DNA of 64,000 nucleotides from an uncultured virus (IMG/VR IMGVR_UViG_3300023094_000010) (Duplodnaviria > Heunggongvirae > Uroviricota > Caudoviricetes). This document shows positions 47,174-56,886 of this stretch, piece after piece. Location of the stretch: IMG/VR virus record IMGVR_UViG_3300023094_000010; one strand, written 5' to 3'. The notes beneath the pieces were generated by a model. The model made no database searches. It was not told the DNA's origin and was given only the letters and a program-made list of their open reading frames with translations. Both the position numbers and the translations under genes were made by a program. Positions within the stretch are counted from its first letter, which is position 1; each line of letters starts with the position of its first letter.

Positions 47174-48003
47174 ATGTCGGGGGATTCGATCGGGAAATTC
47201 CAGCGCACCCCCAGCAGGCTCTCATCGAGCTGCGTGTAGGGAGTTCGTGGATACGTGAAAAGATCTTCGCTCCGCGCCGCGTTCCAGAATTTTTCATCCA
47301 GCTCGAGGTTCAGAAACTGATCGTTCATGCGCCGGAAGAGTTCGAGGGTGAACGCCGCCGACACGTGATTGAACGTCCAGAACGGGCGCACGACGCGCCA
47401 ATTCTGGCGGAACCAGCACCCGAAGCCCGGGAAGGACGAGAGGTCGCAATTCTTGATGAACCGGCGGATGTGGTGCTCCGATGTGGCCTGAAGAAAGTGC
47501 TCGTCCACCAACATCAACCGGCCGCGAGCCTTGAAGTCTGCTCGCACCTCGTCGGTGGCGCAATACTTCAAAATGTCGCTGGAGAGGATGAAGTGGTTGT
47601 GGAAATTCGGCACACAAATTTCAACGACATCCGGCCGCACCCCGAATTGCCAGATGTTTTTCTCCGCCGTTTTCAGCGTGTTAAACATACCGAAATTCTC
47701 GTGGTGCTCGTGGATGAAAATGTCGGCCTCGCTGATGGTTCGGAGCAGGTGGGCTTCGGTCTCGAGCGTCTCGATCTTGGCGAGGCAATCTTGGGGCCGT
47801 CCATAAATGTCGAACGAGTAGTCGTTCGGATTGATGTACGTGATCGAGAACGGACGCCCGGCGGATTCGTTGTACCGGTGGAGATAGTTCAGGTACGGAA
47901 TCCCTCGGCAAGCTGCGACGATTAATATCCGCTTTTGGGGGGTCTGGGACCCGACGGTAAACAGCACCGCCTGCCGGGCCTTGATGTCATTTGTGTTGAA
48001 CAT
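47170..48003 (-). CDS. WcbI-like polysaccharide modification protein
   Basis: ADIFIHEH and PFWTFNH motifs resembling the WcbI family. Confidence 0.5.
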   Translation of the reverse strand: MFNTNDIKARQAVLFTVGSQTPQKRILIVAACRGIPYLNYLHRYNESAGRPFSITYINPNDYSFDIYGRPQDCLAKIETLETEAHLLRTISEADIFIHEHHENFGMFNTLKTAEKNIWQFGVRPDVVEICVPNFHNHFILSSDILKYCATDEVRADFKARGRLMLVDEHFLQATSEHHIRRFIKNCDLSSFPGFGCWFRQNWRVVRPFWTFNHVSAAFTLELFRRMNDQFLNLELDEKFWNAARSEDLFTYPRTPYTQLDESLLGVRWNFPIESPDI

Positions 48004-48935
48004 CAGGCATCGACCTCCGTGCCGGCGGGCTTCCACGTGACGCCCCCGTCGGTGGAGATCTCGTTGCCTTCCAAGAGGGTCGAGTACGCGTAATAAAAAC
48101 CCTCGGGGATTTTGACCCCTGTGCGGTTCCACGAGACAATCAGGCACGCAACTTCCGGCAACCCTTTACTACGCGTAAGGACGAGTCCCTTGGGGGCCGT
48201 AGCGAACGTCCACGGCACGAGTTTCTTGGGCTTGGGGAGGTAGAATCCGGCGGGCTTGCTGGTGCGATACATGGCTCTGACCGCGAGCGGCCCAAAATTC
48301 TCGGGACGAACGCGCCAATTCGCATCGCCGAAGTGCCAGAATTCGAGGCCTTCGAACGAACGACCTTCTTCGAACGACTGGAATTCTTCGACCGACAACA
48401 GTCGCCAGCCCTCGCCGACTTGATCGATAGTGAACTTCCGAGGGTTGTGGCCCTCGGCGATCTTTTTGGGCAGGAAGTAGCCGGCGGGGCGGCTGGTGCG
48501 GTATGTGGCGATGTCGTCCGTCCCGTCGGCATAATCGTTCCAGCGCGGCGACGCCCCAGTAGTGATCCACATCTGGCGGTCTCCGAACGGAAAAACCGCG
48601 TGGAGTTGGCCAAGAACATTCAGGTTGCTGATGTTCGTGATCTCTTCGAGCGTCAGCAAACGATAACCCGCGCCGACTTGGTCGTCTGTCAGGTTGGCGG
48701 GGTTGTTGCCGTCGGCGATTGAGACCTCCTTGACGCACTCTCGCCACCCGGTGCCCTCGGTTCGAAACGGATATTGAGTGCCGGAAATGACTCCGCACAA
48801 AGAACGCGACGGGATGCTTTCCCAAGGTTTGTTTTCGGGGTAGTCTCGGAACCGCAGACCCGGGATCGGCGCACCGCCCGACGCAACCAACATTTGAAGG
48901 CCCTCGAGAGGCGTGATAGGAATGTATTTTTTCAT
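48003..48935 (-). CDS. Hypothetical protein with duplicated domain
   Basis: Two copies of G-x-NP...DQVG-x-G(Y/W)RLL...YRTS-x-PAG-x-x-LPK. Confidence 0.65.
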   Translation of the reverse strand: MKKYIPITPLEGLQMLVASGGAPIPGLRFRDYPENKPWESIPSRSLCGVISGTQYPFRTEGTGWRECVKEVSIADGNNPANLTDDQVGAGYRLLTLEEITNISNLNVLGQLHAVFPFGDRQMWITTGASPRWNDYADGTDDIATYRTSRPAGYFLPKKIAEGHNPRKFTIDQVGEGWRLLSVEEFQSFEEGRSFEGLEFWHFGDANWRVRPENFGPLAVRAMYRTSKPAGFYLPKPKKLVPWTFATAPKGLVLTRSKGLPEVACLIVSWNRTGVKIPEGFYYAYSTLLEGNEISTDGGVTWKPAGTEVDA

Positions 48936-48938
48936 GAC

Positions 48939-49655
48939 TTATTTGGAAGGAAATTGGGACTCGAGCTCGGCGCGGTGTGCGCCGATGCCGCCCCAGCTCC
49001 AACGCTGATTGGCGACAAGAGGAGGAAGCGGATCGACGTCTGTATCAACCCAGTGGAAATGGTTGTGCATGTGCTCGAACGCGTACGCCCCGAGCAAATT
49101 GAACTCCGAGAGTTTGCGACCTTCGATCGAACTGACCCACTTAGGCCACGAGCCGGCGCGGTTGATCAGGTGCTGACGCAGGGATGCGTAGAGATTGATC
49201 GGATACACCAGCGGCAGCCGGCGCATGTACTCGTGGCTGACGCCCCACCCCAGATGCTTTTCGGTGGGGGCCTTCCACGGAACCTCGGGGGGGAGTTTAT
49301 CGTACGGGGTGCGGAGCATGATGGGCTTACCATCACGAAAAAGAGCGTCGAGCGGGGCCGTCAGGACGGTGTCGCTGTCGATGTGGATGATGTGCGTCGT
49401 TTTGCGAGACGCAAACACGTAAAGGTCGGCGTGAAGCTTGGAGAGCTGTTGGCCGACGTAATCGTCGGAGTGCTCCTCAACCGCTGTCATACACGTGGCC
49501 GCAGGGCCTTGAATCTCAAGCAACACCGGCCGCAAAGGGTCTGAGGTAACCACGAACACCGGCACGTCGGGGGCGAATTTCTTAATGCTGCGCAGGCAAT
49601 ACGTCAACCATTCGTAGTCCTTCGGGTAGGTGCGGATGAAGATGACGGGATTCAT
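48939..49655 (-). CDS. Glycosyltransferase-like protein
   Basis: YCLRSI, QQLSKL, HIDSD (DxD), SEFNLLG. Confidence 0.6.
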   Translation of the reverse strand: MNPVIFIRTYPKDYEWLTYCLRSIKKFAPDVPVFVVTSDPLRPVLLEIQGPAATCMTAVEEHSDDYVGQQLSKLHADLYVFASRKTTHIIHIDSDTVLTAPLDALFRDGKPIMLRTPYDKLPPEVPWKAPTEKHLGWGVSHEYMRRLPLVYPINLYASLRQHLINRAGSWPKWVSSIEGRKLSEFNLLGAYAFEHMHNHFHWVDTDVDPLPPLVANQRWSWGGIGAHRAELESQFPSK

Positions 49656-50077
49656 TTTTTCGCACTATTAAGGATTGCCTCCGCCAAGACAACTGTGAAA
49701 GGGTCGCGAACTTTCCGACTGCGAACGACGGCGGTCAAAGACCCCTTGGGGGCCAGACGCTGAACAACGCCCATGTCTTCGAGCTCGGGGCGGAAATGCG
49801 AGGTCAGGCGGCGGAGCTTCTGCAGCGCCCGGTTTTCGATGCCCTCGATGGCTTGCTTGCTGCAGCCGACGGCCTCGGCGATGCAGTCACGACTAAGCGG
49901 CTGTTTATTGATGCCGAGGTCGCAAACCATGAATTCGAGGACGGAGAGACCAACCTCCCAATCGTCATTCGATTTGGGAGCCTTGGCGTGCTGTTGAGGT
50001 GCGGAGAAGTCGGTGAGGGTTTGGGTCATAAAAGTTGGAACGAAAAGGAGGCCATCAGAGAAAATCCGATCGGTCAA
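49652..50077 (-). CDS. Sigma region-4-like HTH regulator
   Basis: LSRDCIAEAVGCSKQAIEGIENRALQKLR. Confidence 0.65.
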   Translation of the reverse strand: MTDRIFSDGLLFVPTFMTQTLTDFSAPQQHAKAPKSNDDWEVGLSVLEFMVCDLGINKQPLSRDCIAEAVGCSKQAIEGIENRALQKLRRLTSHFRPELEDMGVVQRLAPKGSLTAVVRSRKVRDPFTVVLAEAILNSAKK

Positions 50078-50107
50078 TACTATTTCTCCAAATTCTTTTT
50101 GTGGGGG

Positions 50108-50136
50108 TTGTCCACGAGCGAGGGCGCTGCTATTTT
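50108..50136 (+). promoter_or_regulatory. Sigma70-type promoter
   Basis: TTGTCC-N17-TATTTT with TGn, 7 nt before GTG 50144, at the divergence point of the arms. Confidence 0.55.
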
Positions 50137-50143
50137 ACTGATC

Positions 50144-50788
50144 GTGCATATCCTCCCGTTAAACCTCCACCTCCACGCCCGCTGCGTTGATGTTCCTCTC
50201 TTTGCCCTGATCGACGACTCACTCGCCGCCGAGGCGTCCAAGATTCGCTGGCTGACCAGCGGCAAACGCCCCGTCCACTCGAAATACGATCCGGAGTCCA
50301 AAAAATCCGCGCCCGAGAGCCTTGCCCGCTGGGTGTGGGCTCGGTCCAAGTCCGGCCCGATGCCACGGTACCTCGCGAATGCCAACGCCGATCTGCTCGA
50401 TTGCCGAGTCGACAACCTGATCGACGCCGTCAATCCCTCCCTCGCCCGTTCCGGCAAAACCGGGGAAGTGGTGCATGCTGAAATCATCCGCTTGCTCGGC
50501 GAAAATACCCCGGCAGAGATCCGGAAAATCCTCGGCTTTTCCGAAGCCGGCGTCAGCGCCAAACGAGGGAAAAAAGCGTCCGTATCCACAGATCAACTAC
50601 AGCAGATTCTTGACGCCCGTCTCACCGTGGCGTCGTCGCTGTCGTTAAAAACATTCAACGCCGAGGTGGTCGCCGAGATCGTCGGCACCCAGCTCAACCC
50701 CGTGACGCTGTCGAAGCTGATGAAGGGCAAGATCAGCCCCCTCGAGGGGTTTGATTACTCGAAAATTATTCCTTTCCGCCGCCACTGA
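50144..50788 (+). CDS. Hypothetical DNA-binding protein, degenerate HNH-like N-terminus
   Basis: ALIDD...NADLLDCRVDNL followed by HTH-like segments. Confidence 0.45.
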   Translation: MHILPLNLHLHARCVDVPLFALIDDSLAAEASKIRWLTSGKRPVHSKYDPESKKSAPESLARWVWARSKSGPMPRYLANANADLLDCRVDNLIDAVNPSLARSGKTGEVVHAEIIRLLGENTPAEIRKILGFSEAGVSAKRGKKASVSTDQLQQILDARLTVASSLSLKTFNAEVVAEIVGTQLNPVTLSKLMKGKISPLEGFDYSKIIPFRRH

Positions 50789-50831
50789 TCGCAGTTGTTA
50801 TCCCTCCCCTGATAGTCCAGCATTATTTCCC

Positions 50832-50987
50832 ATGATCTCCCAAACCATCGAACTCATCCGCGTCCAAACCAGCACCGTCTCTGCGGTCGAAAGCAAACAG
50901 ACGCTGTTCGCCGCCCGTCGCTCCACGTTCCTCTTCGGTATCCGCATCTGGGTCACCCACGAGATCCAAACTCAAATGTACGTCTAA
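50832..50987 (+). CDS. Hypothetical protein
   Basis: 51 aa, TTTCCCATG start context, C-ending codons. Confidence 0.5.
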   Translation: MISQTIELIRVQTSTVSAVESKQTLFAARRSTFLFGIRIWVTHEIQTQMYV

Positions 50988-51031
50988 AAATAATTCTTGA
51001 CTCTCGAGAATTTCCTACCCACAACGGACCC

Positions 51032-51277
51032 ATGAGCCAACCGATTCCCATCAACCTTCAGAAATTCCAATCCTTCCTTCAGAAGAAAGGTTACGGCCGT
51101 TCGAAGGTCCCCAACCGCGCACAGGTCAGGGCGGATCGTGAGCTGCGGCTCGCCATAAAAGCGGAGGAAGGCCTTCGTCGTCCCAACAGCACCGCCGAGG
51201 TCAAATCCTCCTACACCGACAGCAAAGGCCACGTCTACGACCGCTACGCCAACGGCCGCGTCGTCCGCCGCGCCTGA
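51032..51277 (+). CDS. Small basic hypothetical protein
   Basis: 81 aa after AT-rich TTGACT element. Confidence 0.6.
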   Translation: MSQPIPINLQKFQSFLQKKGYGRSKVPNRAQVRADRELRLAIKAEEGLRRPNSTAEVKSSYTDSKGHVYDRYANGRVVRRA

Positions 51278-51307
51278 CACTCCCAATAGTAATATCTCGT
51301 TATCCTT

Positions 51308-51643
51308 GTGAAAAAATCCATCCTCAACATCGGCCTCGCCCGCAAGGGGCAGGCCGAACTCAATTCCCTCTTCGTCTGGGAGCTCCTGATCCAAACCCTG
51401 CCGGCCGGCGTTTTCAACTACAAGACGCTGCGTTCCCAGACCGAGCCCACCCTCGTCGCTGAAGTGGCCACCGACGACATCCCCGACACCTTCCTCGAAG
51501 GCCTCGCCGTCGTCCTTGGACAGGACTGCCTTGCCTGCTTGGATGACGGCAAGACTGGCAGGCTCGTAGGCCCCAGAGCCGCCGACTGGGGCACCTTCAG
51601 CGGGTCCCAATTCTATCTCCTCAACGGAAACACCCTTGAATAA
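51308..51643 (+). CDS. Hypothetical phage protein
   Basis: LNIGL...TEPTLVAE...LGQDCLA...GRLVGPRA. Confidence 0.6.
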   Translation: MKKSILNIGLARKGQAELNSLFVWELLIQTLPAGVFNYKTLRSQTEPTLVAEVATDDIPDTFLEGLAVVLGQDCLACLDDGKTGRLVGPRAADWGTFSGSQFYLLNGNTLE

Positions 51644-51842
51644 AGCCACCCTCGCAGCCGCCAACCTCGTTACAACTTCCGGTCCTCTCAATTATGTCCA
51701 CGCTCTCGAAAATCCCTCCTTCAAAATCTCCTACGACGCCGAAACGCTCGCAGCTGCGGCGCTCCGCGTCGCCGAGCAACGGGGATACGAGCGTGGTCGC
51801 GCCGACGCCCGGCGAGATCTCATCGACCGGCTTTTCTCTTAG
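51636..51842 (+). CDS. Hypothetical protein
   Basis: 68 aa; overlaps the N-terminal extension of the sigma ORF. Confidence 0.4.
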   Translation: MNKATLAAANLVTTSGPLNYVHALENPSFKISYDAETLAAAALRVAEQRGYERGRADARRDLIDRLFS

Positions 51843-52644
51843 TCGCATCGCCCGTTTGGCCGGCGAGTTCAAGCCGCTGTCGGGGTCCGAGGAGCGAAAG
51901 CTCTTGGCCTCGAGAAAAACGAAGGACGAGAAACGCCTCGCCCTCTGGCACCACAATCTGCGGTACGCCGGCCTCCTCACGACCGAGGCTTTCAATCGCC
52001 GCCTGCCTCACCAAATCTGCACCCGCGACGACCTCGAGTCCGCCGCGTTCGTCGCGCTGTGGGACGCCGCCGGCAATTTCGAACCTCAACGGGGCACGAA
52101 GTTCATCTCGTACGCCAAATGGGGCATCAACAAGGCCCTCTCCGACGTCCTCACGCACTCCGCGAGCGGCCTGACGGTGCCTCGTGCGGCTATCCGCATC
52201 TTGGGAGCCCTCAAAACGCAGGAAGACACCGGCGTCGAAAGCAAACAGTTTTCTCAGCGTCGACTGCAGAAGGCCGCCCTCTATCGAACTGCGGTGACCT
52301 CTATCGATTATACACATCTCAAAGGGGATTCCGCCGACGTCATCGAGGGCCGTCACGCTCTTATCCCCGGCGACATCGACACTGTCAAGGAGGTCGAGAC
52401 GCCCGAGCTGTCCGCCAAGCTCGACGAGATGCTGGAGAAGCTGGCCGGATTAGATCCCCGCATGCCCCAGATGCTGCGTGATTATTACGACTTCGACGGC
52501 CGCCACCACACCCTCGACACCATCGGGAAAAAACACGGCATCACCCGCGAACGCGTCCGCCAAATCCTTTTCCAAGGGCTCCGCCGTCTCCGCATCCTCG
52601 CGCAGGCGCGGGGCATCAAATTCCAAGACCTCCTCGCCTCGTGA
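51694..52644 (+). CDS. Sigma70-family sigma factor (B)
   Basis: HNLR, DDLESAAFVALWDAAGNFEPQRGTKFISYAKWGI; region 4 TLDTIGKKHGITRERVRQI; true start uncertain. Confidence 0.88.
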   Translation: MSTLSKIPPSKSPTTPKRSQLRRSASPSNGDTSVVAPTPGEISSTGFSLSRIARLAGEFKPLSGSEERKLLASRKTKDEKRLALWHHNLRYAGLLTTEAFNRRLPHQICTRDDLESAAFVALWDAAGNFEPQRGTKFISYAKWGINKALSDVLTHSASGLTVPRAAIRILGALKTQEDTGVESKQFSQRRLQKAALYRTAVTSIDYTHLKGDSADVIEGRHALIPGDIDTVKEVETPELSAKLDEMLEKLAGLDPRMPQMLRDYYDFDGRHHTLDTIGKKHGITRERVRQILFQGLRRLRILAQARGIKFQDLLAS

Positions 52645-53246
52645 TCATCATCTCCGACGTCCACGGCTGCTACAACACGTTCCGCCGCCTTCTGCGCAAA
52701 TGTCCCGACGAGCCCCTTGTTCTTGGCGGTGACAACATCGACCGCGGGCCTCGGTCGGCTGAAATGGTCCGCTGGATCATGGACACTCAGACCCCTTCGG
52801 TGAAGGGTAACCACGAAGACCTGATGCTCGGCGAACTCGGCATCGTCGATCACTACGACGAAGGACTGTGGGTCATGAACGGCGGCGGGGATGCAATAAA
52901 ATCGTGGAACGGACTTCCTCCGAACGACGTCCGGAAATGGGCATTCGAGCTGCCGTATTATCTGAAGTTCGACAACCTCCTCATCTCTCACACCGGACAC
53001 GGATTGGCCGGCGATAAACCGCACGGGCACCTGTCGGCGCTCTGGCACCGCGACCCTCAATTTCCGGACGACGGCCTGTTCCGCGTCTTCGGTCACACTC
53101 CCGCCAAGGAGCCCGTCATCACATCTTCCTACGCCATGATCGACACCGGCTGTGCGTATCAGAATCGTGGATACGGAACTCTCACGGCCTTGCAATGGCC
53201 GTCGATGCAAATTTTTCAGCAACCCTACGACGAATCTCCTCTTTAA
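52641..53246 (+). CDS. Ser/Thr protein phosphatase-family metallophosphoesterase
   Basis: SDVHG, GDNIDRG, GNHE, FGHTP, IDTGC. Confidence 0.88.
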   Translation: MIIISDVHGCYNTFRRLLRKCPDEPLVLGGDNIDRGPRSAEMVRWIMDTQTPSVKGNHEDLMLGELGIVDHYDEGLWVMNGGGDAIKSWNGLPPNDVRKWAFELPYYLKFDNLLISHTGHGLAGDKPHGHLSALWHRDPQFPDDGLFRVFGHTPAKEPVITSSYAMIDTGCAYQNRGYGTLTALQWPSMQIFQQPYDESPL

Positions 53247-53251
53247 ATCTC

Positions 53252-54516
53252 ATGGTCGACTTTGCAAAACTTCTCGATAAAAACTGTGCCTCCGACAAGG
53301 CCCCGATCGTGTTCACCCCCGATCAGCAGGAGGCCTACGACGCCGTCTGCTCTGGAAAAAATGTCTGCATCACCGGCCCCGCCGGGACGGGAAAATCCGT
53401 GCTGTTGAATTGCCTTCGCGAGGCTTTCAAAGGCGGCCTCGACGTCACCGCTTCCACCGGCATTGCCGCGCTCAACGTGAGCGGCATCACGATCCACTCG
53501 TGGGCCGGCCTTGGACTCGGCGAGGACCCGATCAACTACATCGTCAGCCAAATCCTGCAACGTCGCAAGGTCCTCTATCGCATACGAAATTGCCGACGCC
53601 TCGCCATCGACGAGGTGAGCATGCTCTCGGCTCCGCTGCTGACCAAGCTCTCCGAGGTCTTGTCGGCCGAATGGGCTCGCGCCGAGATTGAAGTGCATGA
53701 GCTCACGACCATCGTTCGTCAAAAGGATGCCAATTTCGCCGCCCTCCTCAACAAAATCCGCGTCGGCACCGTCGACCACGAAGTGGCTGCGCTGCTCCAG
53801 TCCCGGCTCGAGGCGGTCGACAATGACCTGACGATCAAGCCTGTCGTGCTGGAAGGCCGCAACGAAGACGTCGACCGCCTGAACCAAAAGGAGCTGGCCA
53901 AAATCGACGCCGAGGTTTGTCGCTCCGTCGCACAAGACACCGGCGAGCCCTCCTTTGTTGAACGCCTGAAAAAAGACTGCATCGCCCCGAGGTGCTCGAT
54001 CTGAAAATCGGGGCTCAAGTGATGTGTCTCAAAAATCTCAATCCCGAGTACGGCGTGGTCAACGGCAGCGTCGGTGTGCTCGTGTCGTTCGACGGAAAAA
54101 CCGAGGACGGTGACAACCTGCCGCTGGTTCAATTTGGAGCCTCGAAGATTCTGTGGCCCATCGCGCCGGCGGTGTGGGAACTGAAAGACGGCCAGAACGT
54201 CATGGCTCGGCGCGAGCAATTCCCGCTGCGTCTTGCGTGGGCCATCACCATCCACAAATCACAGGGCATGACGCTCGACAAGATGAGCGTGAATTTGCAC
54301 GACATCTTCGAGGCCGGCCAGTCGTACGTGGCCTTGTCCCGCGCCCGCACGCTCGAAGGCGTTTTCCTCACTGCAGTGGACGCGGGGCGCATCCGCGCTC
54401 ATCCGGACGCCGTCGCTTTCTACGCCAAGAACAAACGTATCCAAAATTCGGATACCGCCGAAGCCGACCGTTGCCCCTTCGAGGATCACGGCGTTGACGA
54501 ACCTGAAATAAATTAA
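53252..54516 (+). pseudogene. Pif1/RecD-like SF1B helicase, disrupted
   Basis: GPAGTGKS, DEVSM, TIVRQ in one frame; LKIGAQVM, WAITIHKSQG, YVALSR in another; frameshift near 53987; motif III segment absent. Confidence 0.7.
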
Positions 54517-54525
54517 AAATAGTTG

Positions 54526-54557
54526 TTGACGGCGGGAGCGCGGTCTGTTTTTCTCGG
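54526..54557 (+). promoter_or_regulatory. TTGAC-N22-CTCGG early motif, copy 1
   Basis: A-rich upstream tract; same spacing as copies at 61461 and 62941. Confidence 0.6.
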
Positions 54558-54575
54558 ATCAACCTAGTAATACAA

Positions 54576-54920
54576 ATGATCTCCCTGACCACTCCCGCCT
54601 TCATCTCTTTCCTCGCCGGTGCCGAGAAAATCACCGTCGACCACATCACTGCCAACTACCCGCGCAATGCGGCTCTCATCGAGCTCAAACTCGTAGCGAC
54701 CGAGGGCAAGAAAAACATCCACGTCGTCCGCACCGAGCGTTGCCGCAAGGACAACAAAATCATCACCAGTTCCAGCCACTGCCTGATCGATCGCGCCACC
54801 GGCGACGTGTTGAAGCCCGCTGGCTACGGCCGCCCCGCCAAGGGCACTCGTGGCAACATCAACGACCAGCACAACGGCCTCGGCCGCATGGGCGAGTACG
54901 GCCCCCACTACAATCGCTAA
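54576..54920 (+). CDS. Early phage protein
   Basis: IDRATGDVLKPAGYGRPAKGTRGNI. Confidence 0.65.
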   Translation: MISLTTPAFISFLAGAEKITVDHITANYPRNAALIELKLVATEGKKNIHVVRTERCRKDNKIITSSSHCLIDRATGDVLKPAGYGRPAKGTRGNINDQHNGLGRMGEYGPHYNR

Positions 54921-54939
54921 AACTTTTTCCTCCCAACAC

Positions 54940-56214
54940 ATGAAATCCATCCCGTCTCATCTCCCTCCGTTGCCTGTGGGCACCGTTTTTCTCGGCCTCG
55001 GCGGCTCGTTCAAACTTCTGCCGGGCAGCGCCTACTTCAAATCGTACACGTTCTACAAGAACGACCATCAATGGAGCGGTCTGGAAAGTAATGCGGGTGA
55101 CGGTAGCCGCACCTACTACGCCGCCCCGGCCGACTCCGAGATCGTGCGCCTGAACGCCCCGAAGTCTGTCGACCTGAGCTCCTGCGTCGTTGGTCAGAAG
55201 CTCCGCTGCCGCGACGGTTCCTTCTACACCTTCGAGGGTTCGTGTGTCCGTGGTGGGCACATCTGCCGCATCGCCCTGATCGATAATCCAAAACACTACC
55301 GAAGCGTCTACACCTCCACCGGCCGAGGCAACGAAGTGGGCGGCATCGATTGCGACTGCGACGTCCTCGAAATCCTGCCCCTCGAACAGCAGGCCTCCCC
55401 CGCGCCCGAGATCGCCAAACCCCCGGCCGCTCCGCGTTCGCCGCGGGAGCTTTACTTGGAGGGAGCCAAGCTGGCCGACTTCAAGGCCGGCGAGTGGGTC
55501 AAGGTGCTCTTCGCAGTGCCGACCGAGGCTGGCTGGCCCGGAACGTGGGTTGAGGACATGAACGCGTTCGTCGGCGAGACGCACGAGGTCGTCACTCCTG
55601 CCGTGACCGCGCCCGACGCTCGTTATCCGTCCGGCAACGTCGGGATCAAAAACAAAAAAGGTGTCCGCTGGTTTTTCCCGTGGTTCTGTCTCCAACGCGC
55701 CGAGTCCCCCAAGCCGCCGACTCCGAAAAAGCCGGAGCCGGTCAGCATCAAGCTGGACGATAGTTTCACGGCTGTCATCGACAACGCTCTCACCGTCAAG
55801 GTCGGCTGCCAGACCTTCGAGGTCCAGAAGCTGAAAGAGCTCGAAACCTCAATGGGGCCGGCGTCTCGCACGCTTGCTCTGAACAGCTCGTACGTCGCGC
55901 AATTCACCGCCCCAGCGGTCGACCACTGCGTCGTCAACGGCACCAAGATCGCGGCTGACACGCTCCGCCAGATCATCAAGGCCGCCGAGGTGTTCGCTGC
56001 CCCGGCTGCGCAAGCAACCGAGCTCGCCGCCAAGGTCCGTCGCTTCACCCACGCCCAAATCAAATGGGACTACCACATGGAATTCAAACCCGACGGTACC
56101 GTTACCATGATCAAGGACGACAAAGACAAAAAACGCACCGTCATGACCCATTTTTACAAGATCTACGAGGCCGAACGCATGGTTGCGCAGGGCATCTGGA
56201 AAGAGATCCCGTAA
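54940..56214 (+). CDS. Multi-module hypothetical protein
   Basis: About 424 aa, short modules separated by Pro-rich linkers. Confidence 0.6.
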   Translation: MKSIPSHLPPLPVGTVFLGLGGSFKLLPGSAYFKSYTFYKNDHQWSGLESNAGDGSRTYYAAPADSEIVRLNAPKSVDLSSCVVGQKLRCRDGSFYTFEGSCVRGGHICRIALIDNPKHYRSVYTSTGRGNEVGGIDCDCDVLEILPLEQQASPAPEIAKPPAAPRSPRELYLEGAKLADFKAGEWVKVLFAVPTEAGWPGTWVEDMNAFVGETHEVVTPAVTAPDARYPSGNVGIKNKKGVRWFFPWFCLQRAESPKPPTPKKPEPVSIKLDDSFTAVIDNALTVKVGCQTFEVQKLKELETSMGPASRTLALNSSYVAQFTAPAVDHCVVNGTKIAADTLRQIIKAAEVFAAPAAQATELAAKVRRFTHAQIKWDYHMEFKPDGTVTMIKDDKDKKRTVMTHFYKIYEAERMVAQGIWKEIP

Positions 56215-56225
56215 ACCACAACAAC

Positions 56226-56256
56226 GGCGGGCGACCTCCGAGGTCGCCCGCCTTAA
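56226..56256 (+). terminator. GC-rich hairpin, probable terminator
   Basis: GGCGGGCGACCTC-C-GAGGTCGCCCGCC followed by TTAATTAA; weak U-tract. Confidence 0.55.
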
Positions 56257-56275
56257 TTAACACTCGTAAAATTCA

Positions 56276-56617
56276 ATGAACGCCAAACAACGAAAAGCAC
56301 ACTCCGCCAAGCTCAGCCGGGCTTGGTATCGCACCCCAAAGGGTCAGGCCTATCAACGGACGCTCCGTGAGCGCCTGTTTTCTCCCGAGTGGAAGCTCCT
56401 CCCCGGCCCGCGTAAATGGACCTTCCGCGACGACGTCGCCGTGCTGAGCAGGACGAAGTCCGACCGCGAGCTCGCGCAAGCCTTCGGGCTCACGATGCCG
56501 GCGGTTCGTCAGCGCCGCAATCGCCTCAATAAACTCCTCTGGACGGCCGGCCAGCATTCGCTGGTTGCGAGCGGCCAAATCTCTTACTCCCTCCGCCTGC
56601 AGAAGGCCCTCTCCTAA
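56276..56617 (+). CDS. HTH-like basic protein
   Basis: SDRELAQAFGLTMPAVRQRRNRL. Confidence 0.55.
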   Translation: MNAKQRKAHSAKLSRAWYRTPKGQAYQRTLRERLFSPEWKLLPGPRKWTFRDDVAVLSRTKSDRELAQAFGLTMPAVRQRRNRLNKLLWTAGQHSLVASGQISYSLRLQKALS

Positions 56618-56886
56618 TGTCCTACAGCTACAAAACCGAACGCCCGTTCATTTTCACCGAGGAAGGACAGGTCCAATTCTTGGCCGTCCGGGATCGTGTC
56701 CAGCACCTGATCAAAACCGCGGGGGCTTTCCGCATGGATCGCGCCATCGAAAAGCAATCCGGCGACTCGTGGCACCTACTCGCCTGCGTCGACCGTCTCG
56801 TGGAGCTGAAAGAAATCCACGAACTCACCCCTCCAAACTCGTGCGCGGGTCAGCACCGCGTCTTCACCAACTTCGACCGCCTGTGA
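56617..56886 (+). CDS. Hypothetical protein
   Basis: 89 aa, TAATG-coupled. Confidence 0.6.
   Translation: MSYSYKTERPFIFTEEGQVQFLAVRDRVQHLIKTAGAFRMDRAIEKQSGDSWHLLACVDRLVELKEIHELTPPNSCAGQHRVFTNFDRL

Noticed and set aside
53975..54004. Programmed -1 frameshift in the helicase
   Set aside because: No X XXY YYZ slippery site at the junction, and a separate internal deletion points to decay or artefact.
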